64,000 nucleotides of DNA, taken from NCBI GenBank assembly GCA_029262415.1, contig JAJCZL010000038.1:6137-70136 (forward strand). Direction: 5' to 3'. The notes beneath the pieces are model-generated. The model did no database searches, had not been told where the DNA came from, and saw only the letters and a program-made list of their open reading frames with translations. Positions 10,058 through 19,028 of the stretch are shown here, piece after piece. Position 1 is the first letter of the stretch; each line of letters begins with the position of its first letter. The DNA is from Deltaproteobacteria bacterium (GTDB lineage: Bacteria > Desulfobacterota > Binatia > UBA1149 > JAJCZL01). Made by a program: the position numbers and the translations under genes.

Positions 10058-10945
10058 CTATACCAGCAGCGAGAGGTTGGGGGTGGGCGGCCTTTGTGAG
10101 TAGTCGTAAAAGCCGAGCTGGGACTTGCGCCCCAGGGTTCCTGCCGCGACCATCTTTTTGAGCAGCGGGGTGGGCGCCATGTAGTCTTCGCCGAAGCTCT
10201 CAAACAGGTTGCTTGCCATCGCGTTGACGATATCAAGACCGATATAGTCGGCCAGCGCGAGCGGTCCCATCGGGTGGTTTGCGCCCAACTGCATCGCGGT
10301 GTCGATGCCGGCGATATCGGCGAGCCCCGACTCCAAGCAACGGATCGCGTCGCACATGTAGGGCGTGAGCAGGCGGTTAACGATAAAACCGGTCTTGTCT
10401 TTGACCAGAACCGGGGTCTTGCCGAGTCTCTCGACGAACGTGATCGCGGCTGCAGTTACCTCTGCCGCGGTGGTCTCGGTCGGGATCACCTCGACCAGCT
10501 TCATCATCGTCGCCGGGTTAAAGAAGTGCAGACCTATAAAGCGTCCGGGGCGGTCGGTCCCGTTCTGCATGGCGGTGATGTTGAGCGTCGAGGTGTTGCT
10601 TGCCAAAATCGCCTCTGGCCCCATCAGCTTGTCGGCCTCGGCGAACTTTTGTTTTTTTGTGTCGAGGTCCTCGATGATCGACTCAATGAAAAGGTCGGCA
10701 TCGGCGGCCGCGCCGAGATCATCGGTGAAGGTGATGCGCTCAAGCGCTTGTTCGGCGGCGATCAGCTCGATCTTGCCTTTTTCGACCAGCCGCCCGAGAC
10801 CTTTCTCGATGCCGGCGCGGGCTTTGTCGGATGGACCGGGAGTGGCCTTGATCATTGCTACTGTAATCCCGTGCGAGGCGGCCACTTCGGCTATACCGGC
10901 GCCCATCTGGCCGCCGCCCAGAATCGCGATTCGTTTGATTTCCAT
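10058..10945 (-). CDS. 3-hydroxybutyryl-CoA/3-hydroxyacyl-CoA dehydrogenase
   Basis: GGGQMGAGIA, ASNTSTL, GLHFFNP, GFIVNRL, HPMGPLALADYIGLD. Confidence 0.93.
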   Translation of the reverse strand: MEIKRIAILGGGQMGAGIAEVAASHGITVAMIKATPGPSDKARAGIEKGLGRLVEKGKIELIAAEQALERITFTDDLGAAADADLFIESIIEDLDTKKQKFAEADKLMGPEAILASNTSTLNITAMQNGTDRPGRFIGLHFFNPATMMKLVEVIPTETTAAEVTAAAITFVERLGKTPVLVKDKTGFIVNRLLTPYMCDAIRCLESGLADIAGIDTAMQLGANHPMGPLALADYIGLDIVNAMASNLFESFGEDYMAPTPLLKKMVAAGTLGRKSQLGFYDYSQRPPTPNLSLLV

Positions 10946-10969
10946 CCAGAGGAACTCCTTAAGGTTCTG

Positions 10970-12124
10970 TCAGTCGTTGATGCTGAAGATCGGAAACCAA
11001 CCGACCTTGCCGTCTCGGTAGTCTTTGAAGAGCTGGGGGATCTCTTCGTAGCTGTAAACTTTGCCTTCGAGCGGCGGCAGCCAGTGGTGTTTCTCGGCGA
11101 ATGCGACGGCGTCCAGGCCCTGGCTGTATTTCGCGTAGTGGGTGTGGACGTGCTGATGACGTGCAATACATTCTGTCGCACGTACCATTTCGATCAGCAT
11201 TCCTTCTTTCCAGCCCGCGGTCGCGATCACGCCTTCGCGAGCCAGCGCTTTGAGTGTTGCGCGCAGCACCGGCACTCCGACGAAGTCGAGGAAAATGTTG
11301 ACGTTGTTGCCGCCGGTGATCTTCTGCACATGGGCCATGAATACTTTTTCCGCGGCGATGTAGCGCTCGGTGTACTCCTCGTCTTTGCGGAAGCGCGATT
11401 TGTCGTAGTAGAGGTCTTTGAAGCCGCGGCGGTCCAGCGGCCTTATGCCGAGGGCTTCGATAGCACTCAGGCGCTCGTCGCTCGAGGCAATTTGCGTGGC
11501 GTCGCAGCCGTAGTGCTTGGCCAGCGCCAACTCACCCATGGTTACGCCGCCGCCCCAGCCCCAGGCGACGGGGTTGGGCAGGTCTTTTTCCGGAACCAGC
11601 AGCCGCAGGGTTCCGTAAGCCAGCTCCCAGTTCGACCACGCAGTAATGTAGCGCAGCGAGAACGCCGCCCATTGCTCGCGCGTGTGCGTGGAGTTCTCGG
11701 GGATCGCGATCACCTGTTGCTGGTGAAGCTTCTGCTTGCGCGCAAGCACGCCCATGGTGCCGGGAGCGTCGTAGGCGAAGATGCGCTCGGGGTAGCCGTA
11801 CTTGTCCCAAACGCCGTTGCAAAACAGCAGCACCTCTTGGCCTTGCTTGCAGGTGGTGACGTTGGCACCGACCTTGTCTACTCGCATCACGCCGGCGTTG
11901 CCGACCACGCAGGTCTGCTCGCCGCGAGCCCGGCAGATGTCGATCGGTTTGCGCTCGACCGCGTGGCCCATGTTGCCTTCCATGCAGCCGAACAGCGGGC
12001 TCACCAGTACTTCATCGGGCCCCGGGTCTTCAAACTCGAACGCTTCCAGTGCGAGCTCGGTCGCTTGCGGTGCTGCGCCTTTGTCACCCGGGTGTAGCAC
12101 CCACGCTTCGGTCTTGATCGTCAT
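10970..12124 (-). CDS. Medium-chain dehydrogenase/reductase (MDR) superfamily protein, probably zinc-free
   Basis: PGPDEVLV, VDKVGANVT..KQGQEV GroES-like domain, GWGGGV nucleotide loop, IFLDFVG; AGGAG SD before ATG 12124. Confidence 0.75.
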   Translation of the reverse strand: MTIKTEAWVLHPGDKGAAPQATELALEAFEFEDPGPDEVLVSPLFGCMEGNMGHAVERKPIDICRARGEQTCVVGNAGVMRVDKVGANVTTCKQGQEVLLFCNGVWDKYGYPERIFAYDAPGTMGVLARKQKLHQQQVIAIPENSTHTREQWAAFSLRYITAWSNWELAYGTLRLLVPEKDLPNPVAWGWGGGVTMGELALAKHYGCDATQIASSDERLSAIEALGIRPLDRRGFKDLYYDKSRFRKDEEYTERYIAAEKVFMAHVQKITGGNNVNIFLDFVGVPVLRATLKALAREGVIATAGWKEGMLIEMVRATECIARHQHVHTHYAKYSQGLDAVAFAEKHHWLPPLEGKVYSYEEIPQLFKDYRDGKVGWFPIFSIND

Positions 12125-12288
12125 TGAAAGCGCTCCTGAGACACCGCCCGACGGCCACCCGTCAGAGCGATAGTGCGGGCCTAAGACACTGTATCTGTGC
12201 GGCTTTCCCGGCCGCGTGAACCGCGCTTGTAGCGCAAATGCGCGGGTAGGTCCACCCGGGCCGGACTCACCCCGGACTAGAGATAACC

Positions 12289-12324
12289 AAAAAAAACCCC
12301 GTGCCCGCAAGGGCACGGGGTTTT
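12289..12324 (-). terminator. Rho-independent terminator of the Cys-rich protein gene
   Basis: Perfect 10-bp stem CCCCGTGCCC/GGGCACGGGG with a 4-nt loop; 8 U on the minus strand and 4 T on the plus strand. Confidence 0.9.
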
Positions 12325-12356
12325 CCCGTTAGAGTATCAGCCTAAGCTGAACCCGG

Positions 12357-14510
12357 TTAACGTCCGCAGTTACCGCCGTTACCGACGAACTGCTTGGTAG
12401 CAGGCGAATCGCAGAACGCCATGATCTCGAAATCGGTCGCGAGGCGTCCAGGACCGGCCAAGCCGGCTGCCGTGTTGACCGACGAACCCGCCGCGCCCAA
12501 ACCTGGGATGCAGAAGTTGCCTGCAACCGTGGTCTGCTGCTGCGAGGGGTTACCGCTCACAACGATGTCCGGCAAGAAGCACGGACGCGCCGTCGTGATT
12601 GTGCAGTCGCCGCAGTCGCCGCCGCATTCGGGATCGATGATGGCGCAGTCAGCGTTGGTGGCGCAGGCCAGATAAGGATCGCCACTTGCGTGCGTGATTG
12701 CATCGCAGAAGCTGCTGGTCTTGGTCGGGCAGTGCCCGGTTAAGCCGTCACCGTCGTCGTTGCAGACGAAGGCGTCGGTGTCGCAGTCGTTCGGGAGGCG
12801 GGCAACACCCGTTCCGTTACTGTCGCAAACCCCGGCGCCAACGCCGGAGCAATCGGCGTCGACGTTACACGGAACCGTCGAGTCGAGCGAACACGTCGCG
12901 CACTGGCAGTCGAGCACGTTGCCGGGACCGCAGGCTGCGTCTCCGGTGGTGGCCGTATCCGACAACACCGATGTGCCGGTGTCGAACGTCAGCGTGAGTT
13001 TCAGGCCCGTACCCGAAAGGTTTGACCCACCAGGACTGCAATCGTAGCTGGTCGAACCAAACCCGTCGCTCAGCGAGATCGCGTTGACGTCGCAGGGATT
13101 GCCGTTATCCGGACCGCCGTTGCAGGTGCCGCCACGAACGCCGTCGTTCGCAGTCGGGTCGCCGTCGCAGCTCGAGCAGGGGTGAGTATTAGTCAGTCCG
13201 CTGAAGATGTTCGACGTGTTTCCGACTGTCGTGGCCGACTCACCAGTGCCGGCGTTGGCCGTACCGGCCACCGAACTTAGAACGTTATCGATGCAGACCG
13301 GCGTGTTGGCTGAACTCAACGCCAGCGGCGGGCCGAAGCGCACCTCACAAATGTTGCCAGCGCAGTCATCGGCGTCGGCAACAAACGGCTCGTCGCAACG
13401 GATTGTGTTGTCGTTTGAGCAACGGTTGCCTTCGAACTGCGGATCAATGGCGATCGCACAGGCCGAGCAATCCGGGCTGCCCGAGCAGTCCAGGCTGACG
13501 TGACTGAGGAACTGACCGGGGAGGTCGACGCCGTGTGAGACGCCCTTGAAGCCGGTATCAAGGTTGGTGCCGGAAACGCGTTGGGCCGCAGCGTTGAACG
13601 CGCTAACCAGACGAATCTGCGCCGAAACCGGGCACTGCCCGCCTTCCCAGCCCTGCTGGCCGAGGCCTTCGTACAGGCTGCGAACGTGTCCGGCGCGGAC
13701 CTGGCCGAGCGCGGCAAGAGCAGCACCCGAATCGCCGATCGTGGAGGCAAACTCCGCACCGCCGGCAACGCCGAGCGCTTCAAGGTCTGCAGTGGTGCAC
13801 TTAGCTTTCGCGCCACCCGGAAGGGCGTCGGTCAACTTAGTCTGGGCACCGGCGACCTTGCCTTTGGCATCTGAGCCGAAGCAGCCGTAGCCCGGGTAGT
13901 TACCAGGCGAAGTTACCTTGGCGAGGCCCTTCTCGATCGTCGCCTGGCACTTGCCGGAATCTTTCAACGCCGTGGCAACGAGTTTCCCAACTCCCTTAAA
14001 CAGCGTGCCCGAGCATTTCTGCGCGTCTTTCGAAGCCGGAGTTACCGGCACGGAGCGGAAGATGTCACGTAAGGTGTTGACAGTCTGCTTTTCGGCGAGG
14101 TCGCCGAGGCAAGTCGCCAACTCAGCGAGGGTGGTTACGGCACCGCTGCCCGGTGAGGGGCAAACGCCACCGTACAAGGCGAGCATGTCGTCCTCGTAGG
14201 TGCCGGGTCCGGCGTTCTTACACTTGGCTGCCGAGCCGGTCAACTTAGTCTTGGCTTTGACGGCCTTGCTCTTGGGGTCATAGGCGGCAGGGACGTAGCA
14301 GCCCGAACCGTCGCCGCCGGCCTTCAGGTCGTTCTTAAAGCAACCGCCGACGCCCTTTTGGACGGTCGCGGCCACTTTGCCCATTCCTTTTTGGAAGCCG
14401 GCGCGGCACTTGGCCGAATCCTTGTCGATTGTCAGCACAGCGCTGGCCGATGTCGCGAACATCAACGCGACTGCGGTCACGCCGAGCGTGAGGTACCCAC
14501 TTCTTCTCAT
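12357..14510 (-). CDS. Secreted cysteine-rich protein of unknown function (717 aa)
   Basis: Sec signal peptide ending ASA, strong SD AGGAGG, 44 Cys counted, own terminator. Confidence 0.85.
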   Translation of the reverse strand: MRRSGYLTLGVTAVALMFATSASAVLTIDKDSAKCRAGFQKGMGKVAATVQKGVGGCFKNDLKAGGDGSGCYVPAAYDPKSKAVKAKTKLTGSAAKCKNAGPGTYEDDMLALYGGVCPSPGSGAVTTLAELATCLGDLAEKQTVNTLRDIFRSVPVTPASKDAQKCSGTLFKGVGKLVATALKDSGKCQATIEKGLAKVTSPGNYPGYGCFGSDAKGKVAGAQTKLTDALPGGAKAKCTTADLEALGVAGGAEFASTIGDSGAALAALGQVRAGHVRSLYEGLGQQGWEGGQCPVSAQIRLVSAFNAAAQRVSGTNLDTGFKGVSHGVDLPGQFLSHVSLDCSGSPDCSACAIAIDPQFEGNRCSNDNTIRCDEPFVADADDCAGNICEVRFGPPLALSSANTPVCIDNVLSSVAGTANAGTGESATTVGNTSNIFSGLTNTHPCSSCDGDPTANDGVRGGTCNGGPDNGNPCDVNAISLSDGFGSTSYDCSPGGSNLSGTGLKLTLTFDTGTSVLSDTATTGDAACGPGNVLDCQCATCSLDSTVPCNVDADCSGVGAGVCDSNGTGVARLPNDCDTDAFVCNDDGDGLTGHCPTKTSSFCDAITHASGDPYLACATNADCAIIDPECGGDCGDCTITTARPCFLPDIVVSGNPSQQQTTVAGNFCIPGLGAAGSSVNTAAGLAGPGRLATDFEIMAFCDSPATKQFVGNGGNCGR

Positions 14511-14601
14511 TTTCTCTCTTTCCTCCTAGCGATTTTGACCCCGATTAGGGGATTGGCAGCGGGATAGTTCCCCCCACCGATTGGCTGAGTATCGTTGGCC
14601 G

Positions 14602-14631
14602 ACGATAGGGGCCGATCCAGGCCCTTGTCAA
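14602..14631 (-). promoter_or_regulatory. Putative sigma70 promoter of the Cys-rich protein gene
   Basis: TTGACA-18 nt-TATCGT about 90 nt upstream of the ATG. Confidence 0.5.
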
Positions 14632-15074
14632 GGGAAATCTTATGCGCTCGCGCACAAGGTTTGCGCCCCACTCGGGGTGTGTTTATGCGGGTTTGTCTAC
14701 GACGCGGTGCGCAGCGAAGCTGCTCCCGTTCCCTTTGGTGTCAAGGTAAATTCGGGTCGCTGCACAGCGCTTCGATGCATGCCCGCAATAGGGCTCCCAC
14801 GTACTCGAAATTCCAGCGCTTTTAAGAGCCCCTGGTCCTCCCACCGGCCTGCGCTGTTGGCCGCGAATGCAGCCCCGTACGGTGTTTGTCCCGCCAGTCA
14901 GCGCGCCGGCCCCGCGCTTAAGCGAAATACCGCGACCGACAGCAACCCCGCGGTGGCAGCGCCGCCGGCGAGCATCGGGCGCTGCCGCAAGAGAAAAATA
15001 CAGCGTCCCGCAACCGCGGCCGCGGCCGCGCCGCTCACTCACTCGGGGGTCAGCGTTCGTCTTCGCCCGCCGAT

Positions 15075-15761
15075 TCAGGCCGAGTAGCCCATGGTCGTAA
15101 GGAAGCTCTGCAGGTCTTTAAAGCGCATATAGGGGTTGCTCGCCTTTTCTTGGCCGATGGTCGAGGAGCTTTGCGGCGCGTAGTTGTGGCCGGGCAGAAC
15201 GATGGTTTCATCGGGCAACGCCTGAAGTTTCTGCGTCAAGCTGTAGTATAGGTCGCTCGGTTCGCTGCCGGGAAGATCTACGCGTCCGCACGCACCGATA
15301 AATAGCGTGTCGCCGCTGACCAGATTTCCGTCGACCAGAAAGCATTGCGAGCCGGGCGTGTGGCCCGGGGTGTGGATAAACCGGATGGGTATACGGCCGA
15401 CATTTACAGTGGTCTCTCCGTCCACCGCCACGTAGTCGCTCGACTCCAGCCCGGTGGTCTGTGCGACGTAGGGGGCTTCGGCTTTGTGGATGTAAACTTT
15501 GCTAGGTGCCTGCTCCAGTAACTCGGTGATTCCTTGAATGTGTTGACCCATGAAGTCGCCGCCGATGTGGTCGGGGTGGTAGTGGGTGACCAGCGCGCCG
15601 GCCAGTCTCATGTCGTCTTCGGCAAGTATGTTGAGTAGCGAGTCGATGTCCCAAGCGGGATCGACGATGAATGCCTCGCGCGTCTCCGGGTCTCCGATCA
15701 AATAGACGTAGTTGTCCATTGGGCCGCACAGGACTTGCTTAAGATAGATACCGTCGCTCAT
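15075..15761 (-). CDS. MBL-fold metallo-hydrolase (glyoxalase II-like)
   Basis: THYHPDH, HTPGHTPG, SGDTLF, LPGH. Confidence 0.9.
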   Translation of the reverse strand: MSDGIYLKQVLCGPMDNYVYLIGDPETREAFIVDPAWDIDSLLNILAEDDMRLAGALVTHYHPDHIGGDFMGQHIQGITELLEQAPSKVYIHKAEAPYVAQTTGLESSDYVAVDGETTVNVGRIPIRFIHTPGHTPGSQCFLVDGNLVSGDTLFIGACGRVDLPGSEPSDLYYSLTQKLQALPDETIVLPGHNYAPQSSSTIGQEKASNPYMRFKDLQSFLTTMGYSA

Positions 15762-16396
15762 TTCTTCTTCTTTCCTACAGGTTTCACGCGAGCTTGCCCG
15801 GGCGCTACCAGGCCATGTTGCCACAGCGTCTCGGCATGTCCCGTCTTGGTGGCGATCCAACGGGCCTGGACGAACAGCAGGTCGCTCAGGCGGTTGAGGT
15901 AGCGTGCAGTCCAGGCGCTGGTTTCTTTCGCTTCGGCGAGTTCACACGCGATGCGCTCGGCGCGGCGGCAAACCGTGCGCGCGATGTGCAGCGCGGCTCC
16001 CGCTGTGCCGCCGGCCGGCAACACGAACGATTTGAGCGGGGCCAGGTCGGGCTGCAGCGCGTCGATGAAGCTCTCTAGGCGGGTGACGTGTTCGGCGCCG
16101 ATCTCGATCATGCCGTCGTAGGCGGCTGCCCGAGGCGTAGCCATCTCGCTGCCGAGGTCGAAAAGTTCTTGCTGAATGAAGGCGAGGGTGGCGTCGAGCG
16201 ACGCAGCGGCCTTCTTGCGCGCGTAGGGTGGCTCGGCAAGCAGTCCACGTACCAGCCCGATAACAGAGTTGAGTTCGTCTACATCTCCGTAGGCGGCTAT
16301 GCGCATACTCGATTTCGCAACTCGTTTACCGCCGACCAACGCGGTCTTGCCGTCGTCGCCGGTGCGGGTGTAGACGCGGTTGATACGTATCGCCAT
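15758..16396 (-). CDS. pduO: PduO-type cob(I)alamin adenosyltransferase
   Basis: VYTRTGDDGKT, YGDVDELNS, FVLPAG, ARTVCRRAER, YLNRLSDLLF. Confidence 0.93.
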   Translation of the reverse strand: MAIRINRVYTRTGDDGKTALVGGKRVAKSSMRIAAYGDVDELNSVIGLVRGLLAEPPYARKKAAASLDATLAFIQQELFDLGSEMATPRAAAYDGMIEIGAEHVTRLESFIDALQPDLAPLKSFVLPAGGTAGAALHIARTVCRRAERIACELAEAKETSAWTARYLNRLSDLLFVQARWIATKTGHAETLWQHGLVAPGQARVKPVGKKKK

Positions 16397-16400
16397 CAGT

Positions 16401-17528
16401 TCACCTCCCGACCCTGGACTCGACCAACTCGATCAGGCGGTTGGGGTCGATCGGCTTTTTGAAGATGACGTCGCCGAGTCCTTCGGCCTTCGAGCGCTTG
16501 ATGACGTGGTCCTTGTCGAAGTAGTACGCGGTCATGAGCACTACCGGCAGGCCGGGGTGGCGAACGCGAATTTCCATGAACAATTCATGACCGTCCATGT
16601 CGGGCATGCACACGTCGCTCAACACCATATCGACGTCCGCGCGTTCGAGGTAGCGCAGCGCCTCGGTGCCTGACGGGCAGGTGATTACGTTGCAGCCCTC
16701 GGCAGTCAGCAGGTCGGCCACCGAGGCGCACGCGTCGCGGTCGTCGTCGATAACCAGCACACGGCTGCCCTGGAGGTTTGCCGTGTGTTGACTTGAGGCG
16801 GGCTGGGCTTCGGTGGTCTGCATGCCGAGATCGGTCATCATGCGGCCGGGAAGATACTCGGTGGTTTCGTACAAGCCTTCGTCGGCCAGTTCGCCGACGC
16901 GTTCGACGATCGACTGAATGCGGCGCAGTGCGCGGTTAATCGTCTCAACACGCTCGTGGAGTTTCGGGTAGTCCTCGCGGCTGGCGTGTTCCTTTAAATA
17001 ACGTTCAACCAGCGCCGATTGGTTGACCGCGGTTTCCAGCGGGGTGTTGACCTCGTGGGCGAGGCTGATCGCCAACTCGGCCATGGTAATTTGGCGGTCG
17101 CGGCGGCGCATCTCGCGGATGTCTTTGGCAAACCCGATGCTGCCCTGCTCGCGGCCGCGCTCGTCATGGATGATCGATCCCGAGATTGAGACCGGAACTT
17201 CCTCGCCGCGGGCGTCGTGAAAGGTGGATTCGAAGTTCTTGACCCGGCCGGGACCGTCTTGGTCGCCGTCACGCATGGCCTGCATGACACGCCTGGCCTC
17301 CTCGGGCGAATGGTAGAATGAGTCTACGTGTCGGCCGAGTACGTCTTCGTCACGAAAACCGAGCGTGTTGCGCGCGCCGTCGTTGTAGAAGATGACCGTA
17401 CCTTTGCGGTCGACCGCGATGACGATGTCGGGGGCGGTTTCAAGCAGTCGTTCGAAGTAGACTTTTGGCAGCTCTTTCAAGCGATCCGTCAGGGTGGCTG
17501 CGCCGTTTGGCTGGACCACGCACGACAC
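16401..17528 (-). CDS. PAS-HisKA-receiver signalling protein lacking HATPase domain
   Basis: PAS (PDIVIAVDRKG..FYN), H-box LAHEVNTPL, REC (VLVIDDD, LSDVCMP, MTA, KP). Confidence 0.85.
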   Translation of the reverse strand: MSCVVQPNGAATLTDRLKELPKVYFERLLETAPDIVIAVDRKGTVIFYNDGARNTLGFRDEDVLGRHVDSFYHSPEEARRVMQAMRDGDQDGPGRVKNFESTFHDARGEEVPVSISGSIIHDERGREQGSIGFAKDIREMRRRDRQITMAELAISLAHEVNTPLETAVNQSALVERYLKEHASREDYPKLHERVETINRALRRIQSIVERVGELADEGLYETTEYLPGRMMTDLGMQTTEAQPASSQHTANLQGSRVLVIDDDRDACASVADLLTAEGCNVITCPSGTEALRYLERADVDMVLSDVCMPDMDGHELFMEIRVRHPGLPVVLMTAYYFDKDHVIKRSKAEGLGDVIFKKPIDPNRLIELVESRVGR

Positions 17529-17549
17529 GCGGGCGTCGCGAATCCGTGC

Positions 17550-17578
17550 ATGGTAGGCCCGGGCCGGGGGGCGGTCAA
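17550..17578 (-). promoter_or_regulatory. Putative sigma70 promoter of the PAS-REC/pduO/MBL operon
   Basis: TTGACC-17 nt-TACCAT. Confidence 0.55.
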
Positions 17579-17642
17579 GGCAGCCTAGGTCAAGGCATGT
17601 GCGCTTTAGGGTGAAGCCGGGCGTTTACCTATAGCCAGGTTA

Positions 17643-18164
17643 GTGGCCGGCGTGCGCATTTGTAATAATCGCGAGCGGTCGAGTCACGGCCGGCGGCGGC
17701 TCGCAGTGCGTAACACGTTTCAACCCAAGCGCGTAGGGATAGTGGCGATTGCCGCCTTGTGTGCGCTGATACTTGCCCCCGCAGCTGGGTGCTACTGGTT
17801 TCGCTACCGCGAGATCGCGGCTACGCATCTAGAGATCATCGAGCGCATGGCGCTCGATGCCCGTGAAGGCTACCTCACATTGGGGGCGTCGACATTGACC
17901 CCTTCGGATTTAAAGCGACTGGCCTATCCGCACGAGCGTGCCGTGAGGTTCTTGGAGGTCGTTGCCGGCCGTCGTCCCGATAGCCGGGTGCTCGGCGACT
18001 TAACCATAGTGGTCGAGCACTATGGTCAGTTGGTGGCCTACCTGGATACCTTGCGCGGACAACCTCCAGACCCAGCCACGCGCGAACGGGTCGTGTTCAT
18101 GACCGACGACGTGGTCCGCGCCTCACGCGTGCTCGCGGCCACGCTGGCGTCGGGCGCGAAGTAG
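17643..18164 (+). CDS. Hypothetical helical lipoprotein
   Basis: Hydrophobic segment ending AAGC; fills the gap between flanking genes. Start uncertain. Confidence 0.6.
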   Translation: MAGVRICNNRERSSHGRRRLAVRNTFQPKRVGIVAIAALCALILAPAAGCYWFRYREIAATHLEIIERMALDAREGYLTLGASTLTPSDLKRLAYPHERAVRFLEVVAGRRPDSRVLGDLTIVVEHYGQLVAYLDTLRGQPPDPATRERVVFMTDDVVRASRVLAATLASGAK

Positions 18165-18165
18165 T

Positions 18166-18220
18166 GACGCTGCTAGACGCTGCGTTACTATCGAACGCTC
18201 GACGCTGCTAGACGCTGCGT
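18166..18220. repeat. 20-bp direct repeat GACGCTGCTAGACGCTGCGT x2
   Basis: Exact copies at 18166-18185 and 18201-18220; the second contains the fsa stop codon. Confidence 0.85.
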
Positions 18221-18882
18221 AGCTTGGTGTCTTCGCGGGCTTTTTCGGCTTTGGCGTGGTCGGCCAAGAACGATTCGAGTCCGCGATCTGTGAGCGGGTG
18301 CCTGAAGAGTTGGCGCAAGACGGCGATCGGGCAGGTTGCGACGTCGGCGCCCATTTCGGCTGCAGTTATAACGTGCGCGGGGGTGCGAACGCTGGCGACC
18401 AGTACCTCGGCGCGGTAGTCATAGTTATCGAGGATCTCGATCAAGCTTTGCACTATGGCCATGCCGTCCTCGCCGACGTCGTCGAGGCGTCCAACGAACG
18501 GACTAAGGTAGGCCGCGCCGACTTTCGCTGCGAGCAGACCTTGGGCCGGTTGGAAGATCAGCGTGACGTTTACGTTGATGCCCTCATCGGCGAGTATTTT
18601 GGTCGCGGCGACGCCGGCGGAGATCATCGGAATTTTTACGACGACGTTGGGGTGAATCTTGGCGAGCCTACGGCCTTCGGAGACCATCTCGCCGGTTTCG
18701 GTGCCTATCACCTCGGCGCTGATCGGTCCGTCGACAATATCGAGGATCTCGCGGAGGTTCTCTTCGAGCGTGCGACCCGACTTTGCGACCAACGACGGGT
18801 TGGTCGTCACTCCGTCGACGATGCCCCAGGCTGCGGCTTCGCGGATTTCTTCGATGTTTGCGGTGTCGATGAAGAACTTCAT
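18208..18882 (-). CDS. fsa: Transaldolase / fructose-6-phosphate aldolase (short type)
   Basis: MKFFIDTAN, GVTTNPSL, VVVKIP, YLSPFVGRLDD, ASVR. Confidence 0.93.
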   Translation of the reverse strand: MKFFIDTANIEEIREAAAWGIVDGVTTNPSLVAKSGRTLEENLREILDIVDGPISAEVIGTETGEMVSEGRRLAKIHPNVVVKIPMISAGVAATKILADEGINVNVTLIFQPAQGLLAAKVGAAYLSPFVGRLDDVGEDGMAIVQSLIEILDNYDYRAEVLVASVRTPAHVITAAEMGADVATCPIAVLRQLFRHPLTDRGLESFLADHAKAEKAREDTKLRSV

Positions 18883-18992
18883 GGTATTTGCCTCGCGTCG
18901 TTGGCTGCCTTTCAGAGAAAGCGGCGTTGGGGCGGTCTTTGCTCGAGTGCAGCGCTGGGCGGACCTCGCGCAAAGCGCTCGGTTCGGTGGCT

Positions 18993-19028
18993 CGCCAGCT
19001 CGCCACCTCACGCCAGCTCGCCGCCTCA
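18993..19028. repeat. 18-bp tandem duplication (one mismatch) including the folK stop codon
   Basis: CGCCAGCTCGCCACCTCA followed by CGCCAGCTCGCCGCCTCA. Confidence 0.75.

Noticed and set aside
10274-12097. Long antisense ORFs (607 aa here; also 56692-58224, 50567-51967, 4913-5986 and others)
   Set aside because: They are shadows of real genes on the opposite strand in high-GC DNA and have no recognisable motifs.
12357-14510. Multiheme cytochrome or RiPP precursor interpretation of the Cys-rich protein
   Set aside because: No CxxCH motifs and no adjacent maturation enzymes.
18166-18220. Mini-CRISPR (repeat-spacer-repeat)
   Set aside because: Only two 20-bp units with a 15-nt spacer, overlapping a CDS end, and no cas genes.
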